Source: Calditrichota bacterium (GTDB lineage Bacteria; Calditrichota; Calditrichia; Calditrichales; J004). Taken from it: 63,075 nt of DNA. The stretch spans positions 1 to 63,075 of the forward strand of contig RFFS01000125.1 of assembly GCA_003696775.1 (NCBI GenBank), read 5' to 3'. The position numbers and the translations under genes are program-made. Below, piece by piece: positions 40,700 through 51,448 of the stretch. The notes beneath the pieces were generated by a model. The model had not been told where the DNA came from, did no database searches, and saw only the letters and a program-made list of their open reading frames with translations. Within the stretch, counting starts at the first letter, position 1. Every line of letters begins with the position of its first letter.

Positions 40700-42034
40700 A
40701 TGTTGCGGAATCTCATTCTTATAAGTGTGTTAGCGATTGTTCTATTCGGTTGGGGCTGCTCCGGCTCCAAAAGCGGGGACAACGCACCGGTTTTTAATGA
40801 CGAAACCGTACAATCCCAGGTGGACGATTTGTTGGATAAAATCGATGATAATCCATCGAACAACGAATACCGCATGCAACTTGCTAAAATCTATCATGAA
40901 AACGACCGTTCCCTGGAAGCGTTGAAAGTTTTGGAAGACGGTTTGAAAATCGATCCCAATGATATGGAACTTAAATATATGTACGGCACCATTTCCGAAG
41001 CGAAAGGGGATTTACGCCGCGCCTACACAGCTTACAAGGACGTGTTGCAAAGCGCTTCCGGCAACGATTATCTGGATCGAATCGCGCCCAAGTTTACCGA
41101 TGCCTTTGTCGTAAAACCGTTGGTGCAAACCCCGGCCAACGAAGCCTTTGCCACTTTTAATGCCGACGGTTCCAAAATTATTTATCAGGCCGATACGGAC
41201 GGCAACTGGGATTTGTTTGAATATACCCTTGGTGATTCGGTATCCAAACAACTCACCCACACACCATTCCATGAAGAGACACCGAGCTGGCACCCTTCGG
41301 GTAACTTTATCGTTTATACCAGTACGCAGGACGACAGCCGTGATGTTCAGTACAGTTTGCTGGTGCGCGATATTTACCTGTGGAATTTAACGACGGGACG
41401 CAAGACCAACCTGACCACCAACAGTTCCGATGACTGGCTGCCCCGATATTCCGAAAAAGGGGATGTGATTTCCTTTGTCTCAGAACGGGATGACTTACGG
41501 GATGTCCCCTTTGAGCAGTTACGCAGTGAAATATATGTTATGGAAAACGACGGCCGGTTCCAGCACCGCATTACCACCAACGAGGCCGTTGACGGCGGCG
41601 TGGTGGTCGCGCCGGGCAGCAACAAAGATCAGGGCATCGTTTTTTACGATAATAATCAAACCGGTGATTTTGAAATTTACCGTAATGACTACACAGGTAA
41701 GGATGAACGCCGCATCACCTTTAATCCCGAAGGCAACGATTTAGCGCCCGATGTATCATCCAACGGTGATAAAATTGTCTTCTATTCCGATCGCGACGGC
41801 AATTATGAACTCTATTTGATGAACAGCGACGGTTCCTCGCAGGTGCGGCTCACCTCCAACCCGGGTAATGATCTGAATCCGCAATTTTCACCGGATGGCA
41901 GCAAGGTGCTGTTCCATTCCAATCGCGCCGGTAATTATGATATATACATGCTTGATTTAAGCCAACAGAGCAGCGGCGCCTCCGTTTATGATGTGCTGAA
42001 TAATATCGATCAGGCCCTCAAAGCCTTAAAATAA
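40700..42034 (+). CDS. Lipoprotein with N-terminal TPR and TolB-like PD40 beta-propeller repeats
   Basis: Lipobox LFGWGCSG. Repeats PSWHPSGNFIVYTS, APDVSSNGDKIVFYSDRDGNYELYLMN, and PQFSPDGSKVLFHSNRAGNYDIYML. Confidence 0.8.
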   Translation: MLRNLILISVLAIVLFGWGCSGSKSGDNAPVFNDETVQSQVDDLLDKIDDNPSNNEYRMQLAKIYHENDRSLEALKVLEDGLKIDPNDMELKYMYGTISEAKGDLRRAYTAYKDVLQSASGNDYLDRIAPKFTDAFVVKPLVQTPANEAFATFNADGSKIIYQADTDGNWDLFEYTLGDSVSKQLTHTPFHEETPSWHPSGNFIVYTSTQDDSRDVQYSLLVRDIYLWNLTTGRKTNLTTNSSDDWLPRYSEKGDVISFVSERDDLRDVPFEQLRSEIYVMENDGRFQHRITTNEAVDGGVVVAPGSNKDQGIVFYDNNQTGDFEIYRNDYTGKDERRITFNPEGNDLAPDVSSNGDKIVFYSDRDGNYELYLMNSDGSSQVRLTSNPGNDLNPQFSPDGSKVLFHSNRAGNYDIYMLDLSQQSSGASVYDVLNNIDQALKALK

Positions 42035-42052
42035 ATTCCATAAACATTTTGT

Positions 42053-42086
42053 AAGCCTGTTTCCTTTAAGAAACAGGCTTTTTTTA
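42053..42086 (+). terminator. Intrinsic terminator
   Basis: Perfect 11-bp stem AAGCCTGTTTC / GAAACAGGCTT, 6-nt loop, then a T-run. Confidence 0.85.
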
Positions 42087-42146
42087 TACACTTTTGCGCC
42101 ATTTGGTGTACTGTTGTATATTCTTTTGTTTATACAGGAACCTGCC

Positions 42147-44414
42147 ATGAATCTCGAACAACTGATCGATTATCTGTCCCGGGAATCGTCTTTTCAGTCC
42201 CGTGTGCAAAAATGGATGACCATCCCCGGGAAAGAGGCGCACTATGTGCCGTTTCCCTCCACATTGGAGCCGGCGCTGATTGAAGCATTTCGCAAAAAGG
42301 GCATCAACGGCTTGTACAGCCATCAGGCAGCCACGTTCGACATCGCGCAAAAGGGTGAAAATGTCGTGGTGGTAACGCCCACCGCCTCGGGTAAAACCCT
42401 GGCCTATAATTTACCTGTATTCAATCGTCTGTATAGGGAGCCTGAAACACGCGCTCTTTATCTTTTCCCAACAAAAGCTCTGGCCCAGGATCAGCTAAAG
42501 GAAGTCGAAGATATCAATCTGAAGCTGGACATCGGCGCCAAAGCCTTTACTTTTGACGGCGATACACCCGCCGATATCCGGCGTACCATTCGCAAAGCCG
42601 GACATCTGGTGATCACCAATCCGGATATGTTACACCAGGGTATTCTGCCGCATCATACCTTGTGGATAAAATTATTCGAAAATTTGCGCTATATCATCAT
42701 TGACGAGCTGCACATGTACCGTGGAGTTTTCGGTAGTCATGTGGCCAACGTCATCGCCCGGCTCAAGCGAATTTGTCGCTTTTACGGCACCACGCCGCAG
42801 TTTATCATGTCCAGCGCCACCATACATAACCCCCGTGAATTGGCGGAAACCATAGCCGGTGAACCGGTACAACTGATAGATGAAAATGGCGCGCCTTCCG
42901 GTAAAAAACATTTTGTACTCTATAATCCGCCGGTTGTAAACGCCGAGTTGGGTTTACGGCGTGGTGTGGTAAATGAAGTAAAACAGATCGCACGGAAAAT
43001 CATACCCACCGGCGCGCAGGTTATCATCTTTGCGCGTAGCCGGATGCGTGTGGAGCTTTTGGTTACTTACCTGCGGGATATGGCCGGCGAGCTGGGACTG
43101 GAACGAAGGCAAATCCGCGGTTATCGGGGCGGGTATCTGCCTTTGGAACGTCGGGAAATTGAAAAGGGCGTTAAAAGCGGCGCCATACGCGTGGTGGTCA
43201 GCACCAATGCCCTGGAACTGGGGATCGATATCGGTCAACTGGATGTAGCCATCCTGGCCGGTTACCCCGGCTCCATCGCCAGCGCCTGGCAACAGGCGGG
43301 TAGAGCGGGGCGGCGTAACAAGACCTCCCTGACTATTATGGTGGCCTCCAGTGCGCCTCTGGATCAATATCTCATGGAAAATCCAGGTTATTTTTTCGGA
43401 AAAAATCCCGAAACCGCCTATGTGGACCGTGAAAATCTTCCCATTTTAATAAGCCATGTAAAATGTGCCGCCTTTGAATTACCTTTCGAAGAAAATGAGA
43501 CATTCATTCCCAATGCCACCCAAACCCTGCTCGATTACCTGGCATCGGAAAATATCCTGCGTAAAACAAACGGACGTTATTTTTGGATGAGTGCCATTTA
43601 TCCCGCGGATGAAGTGGGACTGCGCAACAGTACCCAGGAAAATGTGGTCATCATCGATACCACACGCGATAACCGGGTGATCGGCGAAATGGACTTGTTT
43701 GGCGCTCAGGAAATGCTACATACCGAAGCGATTTATATACACAATAGTATAAGCTATTACGTGGACAAGCTGGAGTGGGAAGAGCGTAAAGCCTACGTAC
43801 ACCGGGTAGATGCGGATCATTATACCGACGCCATTACCAAAACCGATATTAAGGTGCTGGACGTGTCGGAAGAGCTTTCCCTTGGGCCGTACGGAAAGAT
43901 TTTGGCCGATGTGGCCGTGGCCCGTACGGTTACCGGATATAAAAAAATTAAATTCAAATCCCATGAAAACATCGGTTTCGGCAGAGTTTACCTGCCCGAG
44001 ATGGAAATGCAAACCACGGCTCTGCTACTGCGCTTCAGCCGGTCGGCACTGGAAGAAAAGGGTCTTCGGGAATCCCACATGGGAGAAGGATTGAAAAGTG
44101 TTGCCTACGCCCTGCGCAATCTAGCGCCGTTGTTCATCATTTGTGATGTGACCGATATTGCCGTTTTTTCCATGGTCCGCGACCCATTTACGCATGAACC
44201 GACCTTGTATGTGTATGATAAATATCAGGGAGGCATGGGGTTGAGTAAAAAATTATTCAGCCGGGAACAGCTTCTGTTGGAAGCGGCGCGGGATCATATC
44301 CGGCAATGTGTCTGCGCCAAGGGTTGTCCGTCCTGCATCGGACCCACACTGGAAGCCGCGGATAACAGTAAACAACTCGCTTTAATCCTTTTAAACGCGG
44401 CGTTGGACGGATAG
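42147..44414 (+). CDS. mrfA: DEAD/DEAH-box helicase with C-terminal DUF1998 zinc module (MrfA/YprA-like)
   Basis: Walker A TPTASGKT, DEAD-box variant IIDELH, helicase C motifs (QQAGRAGRR), and C-terminal four-Cys CVCAKGCPSC. Confidence 0.8.
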   Translation: MNLEQLIDYLSRESSFQSRVQKWMTIPGKEAHYVPFPSTLEPALIEAFRKKGINGLYSHQAATFDIAQKGENVVVVTPTASGKTLAYNLPVFNRLYREPETRALYLFPTKALAQDQLKEVEDINLKLDIGAKAFTFDGDTPADIRRTIRKAGHLVITNPDMLHQGILPHHTLWIKLFENLRYIIIDELHMYRGVFGSHVANVIARLKRICRFYGTTPQFIMSSATIHNPRELAETIAGEPVQLIDENGAPSGKKHFVLYNPPVVNAELGLRRGVVNEVKQIARKIIPTGAQVIIFARSRMRVELLVTYLRDMAGELGLERRQIRGYRGGYLPLERREIEKGVKSGAIRVVVSTNALELGIDIGQLDVAILAGYPGSIASAWQQAGRAGRRNKTSLTIMVASSAPLDQYLMENPGYFFGKNPETAYVDRENLPILISHVKCAAFELPFEENETFIPNATQTLLDYLASENILRKTNGRYFWMSAIYPADEVGLRNSTQENVVIIDTTRDNRVIGEMDLFGAQEMLHTEAIYIHNSISYYVDKLEWEERKAYVHRVDADHYTDAITKTDIKVLDVSEELSLGPYGKILADVAVARTVTGYKKIKFKSHENIGFGRVYLPEMEMQTTALLLRFSRSALEEKGLRESHMGEGLKSVAYALRNLAPLFIICDVTDIAVFSMVRDPFTHEPTLYVYDKYQGGMGLSKKLFSREQLLLEAARDHIRQCVCAKGCPSCIGPTLEAADNSKQLALILLNAALDG

Positions 44415-44415
44415 A

Positions 44416-45621
44416 ATGGACCTGACACGAAAATTACGCTATCTGCAATCCCAGACTGCACCCGCGTCGGATTCATCGAAAAACAACGCGCAACACCAGG
44501 CGCCCTTAATGGCCCTGAAAGAACATTTTGACGGGCGTTTGCTTTATCCCGAACAACCGGTGTTGCTTTTGGAACACCATAAAATTGTTGACGGTATGCC
44601 CACGACTCTTGACTGGTATTGGCTGAGCAAGGGAGAAGCGCCACATGCCATTCCAATTGACAAATGTCTTTTTTTTGATTTGGAAACCACCGGTTTGCAG
44701 GGTGGCAGCGGAGTATATGCCTTTCTGGCCGGTTTTGCCTGGTTCCGGGACGACGTGGTAAACTGCCGGCAATATTTTTTGCCCGATTATGGCCGGGAAG
44801 ACCGGTTGTTTCACGATTTAAACCAATGGTTTCAATCTTTTGATTATCTCGTTTCTTATAACGGCAAATCATTTGACCTTCCGGTATTGCGCAGTCGGTT
44901 TTTAATGAACCGCCTGCCACTGGAACTGGACAACAAGCCCCATTTTGATCTGTTGCATATGGTTCGAAGGGTGTGGAAGGATACCCTGCCCACATGTGAT
45001 TTACAAAGCGTTGAGCGTCGGATATTGGGATACACCCGTACGGATGATATTCCGGGCGCATATATTCCGCGGGCTTATCTTGATTTTATACAACTTGGAC
45101 GGGTACATGATATCATTCGGGTGATCGAACACAACCAAACCGACTTGATCAGTTTGCCACGCATCGCTTCCGTCCTGCATAACATCAATCGACAACCGCA
45201 TGCCGCGCTGAATGATACGGATAGTTGCATGGCACTGGCGCGGTCCATCTACCCGATGCATGATGCGCTGGATTTTTATCTGCTTATGGAACGGAATGTA
45301 CAGGTTGCCAGGCACCCTGATTTTCTTTTTTACAAAAGCATGCTGTTAAAGCGTAACAAGCGCATGCAACAAGCTTATGATTTATGGCAACAATTATTCC
45401 ATCACCCTCTATACAGTTACCGGGCTTACGAGGAGACGGCTAAATATTTAGAGCATCACATTAAAAATCATAAAGAAGCACTTCAAATTGTGGATCGGGC
45501 GCTCGATCAATTGGCCATTCAAAAGGAATTCGGCTATGTGCGAGGTGATTTGATAAAAAAATTTGTACATCGACGAAACCGATTATTGAAAAATTTAAAG
45601 TCCGGCTTAAATAATTCTTGA
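44416..45621 (+). CDS. mrfB: RNase-H-fold DEDDh exonuclease with helical/TPR-like C-terminus (MrfB/YprB-like)
   Basis: ExoI FFDLETTGL, ExoII SYNGKSFDLPVL, and ExoIII HNQTDLISL. Starts 1 nt after the helicase stop. Confidence 0.7.
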   Translation: MDLTRKLRYLQSQTAPASDSSKNNAQHQAPLMALKEHFDGRLLYPEQPVLLLEHHKIVDGMPTTLDWYWLSKGEAPHAIPIDKCLFFDLETTGLQGGSGVYAFLAGFAWFRDDVVNCRQYFLPDYGREDRLFHDLNQWFQSFDYLVSYNGKSFDLPVLRSRFLMNRLPLELDNKPHFDLLHMVRRVWKDTLPTCDLQSVERRILGYTRTDDIPGAYIPRAYLDFIQLGRVHDIIRVIEHNQTDLISLPRIASVLHNINRQPHAALNDTDSCMALARSIYPMHDALDFYLLMERNVQVARHPDFLFYKSMLLKRNKRMQQAYDLWQQLFHHPLYSYRAYEETAKYLEHHIKNHKEALQIVDRALDQLAIQKEFGYVRGDLIKKFVHRRNRLLKNLKSGLNNS

Positions 45622-45698
45622 AATATTTTGTAAAAAGTGTAATTTATTATTCATACCACTGAATCTTAACTCATTTTACACACCCGGAGGAGGGATAT

Positions 45699-47492
45699 AT
45701 GAAATACAGCAACCTGGGGGCCATGTTTTTAGCCAAGCGGGAGGAGAACCCGCACCTTGTAGCCTACCGTTACAAAGAAGACGGGCAATGGAAATCGGTA
45801 ACCTACGGTGAAGCGGTAATTCGTGGTGAACAGATTGCTGCCGGTTTAGCCGATCTCGGTGTAAAAAGACAGGATCGAGTTGCCATCATTTCTTCTAATC
45901 GTCTGGAATGGGCCCTGATTGATTACGCGGCACAAAGCCTTGGAGCCATTTTGGTGCCGATTTATCCATCTTTGTTAAAAGAGCAGGTGCAATATATCCT
46001 CAACGACAGTGAATCTCTGGTGGTTTTTGCCCTGGATAACACACAAACGGATAAAATTGACGCCGTGCGTGAAAATCTGAAAACCACAAAACATTTTATT
46101 CTTATAGATGAAAAAAACAGCCGGTTGAAAGACCCCTGGGTGGGATTGGAAGTGCTGACCGAGCGCGGCGTGGCTTTTCTGGAAAAACAACCGGATTATG
46201 TGACAAACGCCAACAAGGAAGTTAAGGAAGACGATTGGGCCACCATTATTTATACATCCGGAACCACCGGCGAACCGAAAGGGGCCATTCTTACCCATAA
46301 AAATCTGCTCTCAAATGTGGAAGCGGGCCTGCAGTGTCTCTCTGTCAGTTCAGACGACGATTTTCTAAGCTTTTTGCCGCTCAGTCATGTTTTTGAACGC
46401 ATGGCCGGTCACTTTTTGGCCTTTTACGCTTCATGTACCATTGCCTACGCGGAAAGCATCGACGCCGTACCGGTGAACATGGGGGAAATCAAACCCACCA
46501 TCATGGCATCCGTCCCGCGCCTTTACGAGAAAATGTACGCCCGTGTTTTGGATAATGTGGAAATGGGCTCGCCCGTTAAACAAAAAATCTTTCATTGGGC
46601 GGTTAAAGTGGGCAGGGAATATGTTAATCGCCAGCAATACGGCCGTAAAATCGGCTCCGCTTTACAGTTTAAAAGAAATCTGGCTTTTAAACTGGTCTTT
46701 TCCAAACTGGCGGAACGGGTGGGCGGACGTATCCGTTTTTTTATCAGTGGCGGTGCGCCGCTTTCGCCGGAAATTGCTGAGTTCTTCGGTGCCGCCGGTT
46801 TGCTTATTCTGGAAGGATACGGTCTCACGGAAACCTCGCCGCTTATTTCCGTTAATCGTTTGAATAAATTCCGATATGGCACCGTTGGGCCCGTGGCGCC
46901 CGGCGTGGAGGTGAAAATCGCCGAAGACGGTGAAATTTGCGCCCGGGGTCCCAATATCATGGTCGGCTATTACAAAAAAGAAGCCGAAACCAAGGAAGTG
47001 ATCGATGATGAAGGCTGGTTTCATACCGGCGATATCGGTTTGATCGATGAAGACGGTTTCCTAAAAATCACCGATCGTAAGAAAAACATCATTGTAACTT
47101 CCGGTGGTAAAAATATCGCGCCGGCACCGATTGAAAATATTATGATAACCAGCAAATACATTGAGCAATTTATGATGCTGGGTGATAACCGTAAATTTTG
47201 CAGCGCCGTTTTGGTACCGTCTGAAGAAAACTTGAAAAAATGGGCCGATGCCAAAGGGCTTCAATATTCCGGTTACCAGGAACTGGTAAAACTTCCGGGA
47301 GTGGAAGACCTGATTCGTTCGGAAATCGATCGTTTATCCGCGGGACTGGCCAGTTACGAAACCATCAAAAAGTTCGTCATCGCCCGTGAACCTTTCAGCA
47401 TCGAAAGCGGGGAGCTGACACCGTCACTCAAAATTAAAAGAAAAGCGGTGCTGGAAAAATATGCGGATGAAATAGAGGCTTTATATCAGTAA
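45699..47492 (+). CDS. Long-chain acyl-CoA synthetase (AMP-forming, ANL superfamily)
   Basis: AMP-binding motif YTSGTTGEPKGA, GYGLTET, and TGDIG...DG...I.DRKK. GGAGGAGG SD. Confidence 0.85.
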   Translation: MKYSNLGAMFLAKREENPHLVAYRYKEDGQWKSVTYGEAVIRGEQIAAGLADLGVKRQDRVAIISSNRLEWALIDYAAQSLGAILVPIYPSLLKEQVQYILNDSESLVVFALDNTQTDKIDAVRENLKTTKHFILIDEKNSRLKDPWVGLEVLTERGVAFLEKQPDYVTNANKEVKEDDWATIIYTSGTTGEPKGAILTHKNLLSNVEAGLQCLSVSSDDDFLSFLPLSHVFERMAGHFLAFYASCTIAYAESIDAVPVNMGEIKPTIMASVPRLYEKMYARVLDNVEMGSPVKQKIFHWAVKVGREYVNRQQYGRKIGSALQFKRNLAFKLVFSKLAERVGGRIRFFISGGAPLSPEIAEFFGAAGLLILEGYGLTETSPLISVNRLNKFRYGTVGPVAPGVEVKIAEDGEICARGPNIMVGYYKKEAETKEVIDDEGWFHTGDIGLIDEDGFLKITDRKKNIIVTSGGKNIAPAPIENIMITSKYIEQFMMLGDNRKFCSAVLVPSEENLKKWADAKGLQYSGYQELVKLPGVEDLIRSEIDRLSAGLASYETIKKFVIAREPFSIESGELTPSLKIKRKAVLEKYADEIEALYQ

Positions 47493-47506
47493 CGATCTGA
47501 CTCGCG

Positions 47507-47532
47507 AGCCCGCTGACCGGCGGGCTTTTTTC
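47507..47532 (+). terminator. Intrinsic terminator
   Basis: AGCCCGC / GCGGGCT stem, 6-nt loop, T6. Confidence 0.7.
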
Positions 47533-47561
47533 ATTATAATTCCAAAATAGAAGGGAGTTGT

Positions 47562-48572
47562 GTGGCATCTTCCACAAAAAACACATACGCCTCATCCGGC
47601 GTGGATATACAAAAAGGCGAGGAAGCGGTCGCTTCGGTAAAAGACATGATTCACAGCACCTTTACGCCAGGTGTGTTAAGTAATGTGGGGGGCTTCGGCG
47701 GCCTGTTTGAAATACCAGCCGGTTACCGGCAGCCGGTTTTAGTATCCAGTACCGACGGCGTAGGGACAAAGTTACGCGTGGCCGTACTCGCCGGGCGCCA
47801 CGATACGGTGGGGGAAGACCTTGTTAACCATTGTGTGAATGATATTGCGGTGACCGGCGCGCGTCCGTTGTTTTTTCTGGATTATTACGGAACCGCCACG
47901 CTGGAACCGGATGTATTTCGGGATGTTTTGAAAGGGTTCACGCGTGGCTGCCGAAATAACCGGTGCGCCCTGATCGGCGGTGAAACAGCGGAAATGCCCG
48001 GCATCTATCATGGCAAGGATTACGACCTGGCCGGTACAATAGTCGGCATTGTGGAAAAAGATGCGATTGTGGATACACAACGCATAACCGAAGGCGATGT
48101 GTTGATTGGCGTACCGAGTTCCGGCCTGCATACAAACGGTTATTCTCTGGCCCGAAAAGTGTTGTTGGAAGTCTATCGCCCTGATGATCATGTGCCCGAG
48201 CTGGGTGTAACACTGGCCGATGAATTATTGCGCGTGCACACCAGTTACCTGCGTTTGATTCAGGAAACACAAAATCTGGTGCACGGCTTCGCGCATATCA
48301 CGGGTGGAGGCATCGCCGGCAACACCCGCCGCATCCTGCCACGGGGTCTGGCTCTGCACATACGTTGGGACAGTTGGCCTCGCCTGCCTGTATTTGATTT
48401 GATTGCTCGTTTGGGGCATGTTCCGGAAGATGATATGCGCCGTGCATTTAACCTGGGTGTTGGCCTGGTTATAATTTGCTCGGAGGAACAGGCCGATTCC
48501 GTTATGGAACAGGCGCGCGCGTTGCATGGCCATGCCTGGCCGGTGGGACACATCATCCGGGAAAAAGGATAA
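47562..48572 (+). CDS. purM: Phosphoribosylformylglycinamidine cyclo-ligase (AIR synthetase)
   Basis: YASSGVDIQKGE, DGVGTKL, and GGETAEMPG. GTG start with AAGGGAG SD. Confidence 0.9.
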   Translation: MASSTKNTYASSGVDIQKGEEAVASVKDMIHSTFTPGVLSNVGGFGGLFEIPAGYRQPVLVSSTDGVGTKLRVAVLAGRHDTVGEDLVNHCVNDIAVTGARPLFFLDYYGTATLEPDVFRDVLKGFTRGCRNNRCALIGGETAEMPGIYHGKDYDLAGTIVGIVEKDAIVDTQRITEGDVLIGVPSSGLHTNGYSLARKVLLEVYRPDDHVPELGVTLADELLRVHTSYLRLIQETQNLVHGFAHITGGGIAGNTRRILPRGLALHIRWDSWPRLPVFDLIARLGHVPEDDMRRAFNLGVGLVIICSEEQADSVMEQARALHGHAWPVGHIIREKG

Positions 48573-48657
48573 ATCGCCCAACGGTTGTTTTTTTCGTTCG
48601 GAAAGATGTGTATATTTTATTTATCCCGCAATCAATTTCATAAAACAGGATAACGAA

Positions 48658-49299
48658 ATGATAATGGAAATAACCTTTACCGTTTTAATAGCTTATTTGT
48701 CAGGTTCCTTTCCCACGGCCATCATCGCCGGAAAATTACTGAAGGGAATCGATATCCGGGAGCACGGTAGCGGGAACGCCGGGGCGACCAATGTGCTCCG
48801 TGTATTGGGCTGGCAGGCCGCGCTCATTGTCCTGCTCATCGATATGTTCAAGGGGTTCGCGCCTGTATTTTGGGTAGCACCGGCCTTAAGTCAACAGCCT
48901 GAGCATACGGTTTACCTGCAAATATTTGCCGCCATCGCCGCCATAGTGGGACATATATGGACCATTTTCGCCGGTTTTAAAGGCGGTAAGGGCGTCGGTA
49001 CATCGGCCGGTGTGTTTTTGGGGCTGGCGCCGATTCCCCTGTTAAGCGCCCTGGGCGTCTTTGTGATAATCGTCTGGCTGACCCGCTATGTTTCTCTCGG
49101 ATCCATACTCGCGGCTTTGGCCTTTTTGGGTGGTTTGCTTATTCAACGTTTTCTCCTGCATATGCCCGTGCCCGATGTTTTGCTCTACCTCGGTGCCGTG
49201 GTGGTCATTTTAATCTGGTACGCACACAGGGAAAATATCAAACGGCTGTTGGCCGGTAATGAAAACAAGGTCAGCTTTCAATCTAAAAAAGGAGCATGA
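48658..49299 (+). CDS. plsY: Glycerol-3-phosphate acyltransferase PlsY
   Basis: YLSGSFP, HGSGNAGATNV, and FKGGKGV motifs. Start set at the ATG at 48658. Confidence 0.9.
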   Translation: MIMEITFTVLIAYLSGSFPTAIIAGKLLKGIDIREHGSGNAGATNVLRVLGWQAALIVLLIDMFKGFAPVFWVAPALSQQPEHTVYLQIFAAIAAIVGHIWTIFAGFKGGKGVGTSAGVFLGLAPIPLLSALGVFVIIVWLTRYVSLGSILAALAFLGGLLIQRFLLHMPVPDVLLYLGAVVVILIWYAHRENIKRLLAGNENKVSFQSKKGA

Positions 49300-49302
49300 T
49301 AC

Positions 49303-50316
49303 ATGAAGGTTGCAATGATCGGTTCCGGCAGTTGGGGAACCGCGCTGGCCATGGTTTTGGCGGAAAACAAACATCAGGTTCATTGTTGGACCAAAGACGC
49401 CACCGTGGTCAACACCGTGGCCGAAACAGGGGAAAACCAAAAATATTTACCGGGTATAAAATTGCCCGGGGAAATTCTTTTTACTACCGACCTCAATGCG
49501 ACGTTACAAGACACCGAAATGGTGGTCAGCGCCGTCCCGTCCCAGGTAACGCGCGAGGTGTTGCGGCAAATTCCCACGGAAGTATTGAACGATGAACAGG
49601 TCTGGGTGACCGTTTCCAAGGGGATTGAAAACAACACCTATAAACGCATCAGCGAAGTCATAGCCGAAACGGTGCCGGTTGGCGCGGAACGTATTGTGGC
49701 CTTATCCGGCCCCAGCCATGCCGAAGAAGTGGCGCGCCGGATCCCAACGGCCATTGTTTCGGCTTCAGTGAACTTGAATGCCGCGCAACAGGTGCAGGAA
49801 GCCTTTAAAACACCCTATTTCCGGGTGTACGCCAATGATGATGTTACCGGAGTGGAACTGGGTGGCGCGCTTAAAAATATCATTGCCCTGGCGGCCGGTA
49901 TCTGCGACGGTGCCGGTTTTGGTGATAACACCAAAGCCGCCCTGATCACCCGCGGTTTGGTGGAAATGAACCGACTGGGTAAAAAAATGGGCGCACGCAG
50001 CGATACCTTTGCCGGATTAAGCGGCATGGGTGATTTGATTGTTACCTGTATGAGCCGCCATTCACGCAACCGTCATGTGGGCGAACAGATCGGGAAAGGA
50101 CGCTCGCTTCAAGAAATCCTGGATGAAATGGTCATGGTGGCCGAGGGCGTTAAAACTACCTTGTCCGCTTATGAATTATCACGGAAATACGGGGTGGAAA
50201 TGCCAATCACCGAACAAATATATTTAACCCTTTTCAAAAACAAGCCACCTCATCAGGCCATGGTGGATCTAATGACACGGGAATCTAAAGTGGAAGACTG
50301 GGGCCAGTCGAATTAA
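49303..50316 (+). CDS. gpsA: NAD(P)H-dependent glycerol-3-phosphate dehydrogenase
   Basis: [11 protein letters not shown] dinucleotide fold, [12 protein letters not shown], and MVAEGV. Confidence 0.9.
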   Translation: MKVAMIGSGSWGTALAMVLAENKHQVHCWTKDATVVNTVAETGENQKYLPGIKLPGEILFTTDLNATLQDTEMVVSAVPSQVTREVLRQIPTEVLNDEQVWVTVSKGIENNTYKRISEVIAETVPVGAERIVALSGPSHAEEVARRIPTAIVSASVNLNAAQQVQEAFKTPYFRVYANDDVTGVELGGALKNIIALAAGICDGAGFGDNTKAALITRGLVEMNRLGKKMGARSDTFAGLSGMGDLIVTCMSRHSRNRHVGEQIGKGRSLQEILDEMVMVAEGVKTTLSAYELSRKYGVEMPITEQIYLTLFKNKPPHQAMVDLMTRESKVEDWGQSN

Positions 50317-50335
50317 GGTACATTCCGGAGGAAAC

Positions 50336-51343
50336 ATGCAAAAAATTGTAACACTCACGCGACATATCATTGAAGAACAACGGCGTCATCCGGGCGCCAC
50401 GGGGGAATTCACCAATTTGATCAACGATTTGGCATTTGCCATAAAGCTGATCTCTTACAATACCAATAAAGCCGGTTTGCTTGGTGTTTTGGGCGAAGCG
50501 GGTAAAACCAATGTACAGGGCGAAAATGTTAAAAAACTGGATGTTTTTGCCCATGAAACCATGTTCCGCGCCCTTGACCACGGCGGCCACCTGTGTGTGA
50601 TGGGTTCCGAAGAAGAAGAGCATCCCATCGCCATCCCCAAACAGTTTCCGATCGGAAAATATGTTATCCTGTTTGATCCGTTGGATGGTTCCAGTAATAT
50701 CGACGCCAACGTTTCCGTGGGTACCATCTTTTCCATTTATCGCCGTGTAACACCGGACGGCACGCCCGGTACACTGGAAGACTTGTTGCAACCCGGTTCC
50801 AGCCAAATTTGTGCCGGTTATGTGGTGTACGGCTCCAGCACTATGTTGGTCTATACCACCGGAAACGGTGTGCATGGTTTTACCCTGGACCCCAGTTACG
50901 GTGAATTTGTGCTCAGTCATCCCGATATTAAAATTCCGTCCAAGGGCAAAATATACAGTGTAAATGAAAGTAATTTTGATTACTGGGATAACAGCATCAA
51001 ACAATATGTGCATTATGTCAAGCAGATCGATGAAGCAACCGGACGACCGATGAATTCACGCTATATCGGTTCCATGGTCAGCGATTTTCATCGTAATTTG
51101 CTGTACGGCGGTATCTTTTTGTATCCGGCCAGCCGCCGCGCGCCTCAAGGCAAGTTGCGGCTCGCATACGAAGCCAACCCCATGGCCTTCATCATCGAAC
51201 AGGCCGGTGGCAAGGCATCGGACGGGGCGCAGCGTATTCTGGATATTGTACCGGAAAAACTACATCAACGCACACCGTTGTTCATCGGCTCCCGTGAAGA
51301 TGTGGATTTGGTCGAAAAATTCATTCGCGGCGAAATGCCCTGA
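50336..51343 (+). CDS. fbp: Fructose-1,6-bisphosphatase class 1
   Basis: GEENVKKLD-type (GENVKKLD), [11 protein letters not shown], and MRYIGSMVAD-type ([13 protein letters not shown]). Confidence 0.9.
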   Translation: MQKIVTLTRHIIEEQRRHPGATGEFTNLINDLAFAIKLISYNTNKAGLLGVLGEAGKTNVQGENVKKLDVFAHETMFRALDHGGHLCVMGSEEEEHPIAIPKQFPIGKYVILFDPLDGSSNIDANVSVGTIFSIYRRVTPDGTPGTLEDLLQPGSSQICAGYVVYGSSTMLVYTTGNGVHGFTLDPSYGEFVLSHPDIKIPSKGKIYSVNESNFDYWDNSIKQYVHYVKQIDEATGRPMNSRYIGSMVSDFHRNLLYGGIFLYPASRRAPQGKLRLAYEANPMAFIIEQAGGKASDGAQRILDIVPEKLHQRTPLFIGSREDVDLVEKFIRGEMP

Positions 51344-51448
51344 TGGCATATAAAATTTTGATTGAAAGTACGGGACTGAGTAAGTTCCCGGCTTGGAAAA
51401 TGACTTATGGCATAGTTTTAACGGTTTGGATATGAGGATGGAAAAGCA

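Noticed and set aside
50285-51013. 242-aa minus-strand ORF
   Set aside because: It is entirely antisense to the well-supported fbp gene. Its composition is His/Gly/Thr-rich and shadow-ORF-like, and I recognise no motif in it.
51398-51433. 11-codon mini-ORF ([11 protein letters not shown]) in the asnS leader
   Set aside because: It has no Asn codons, no SD and no attenuator-like alternative hairpins. It is most likely a chance ORF.
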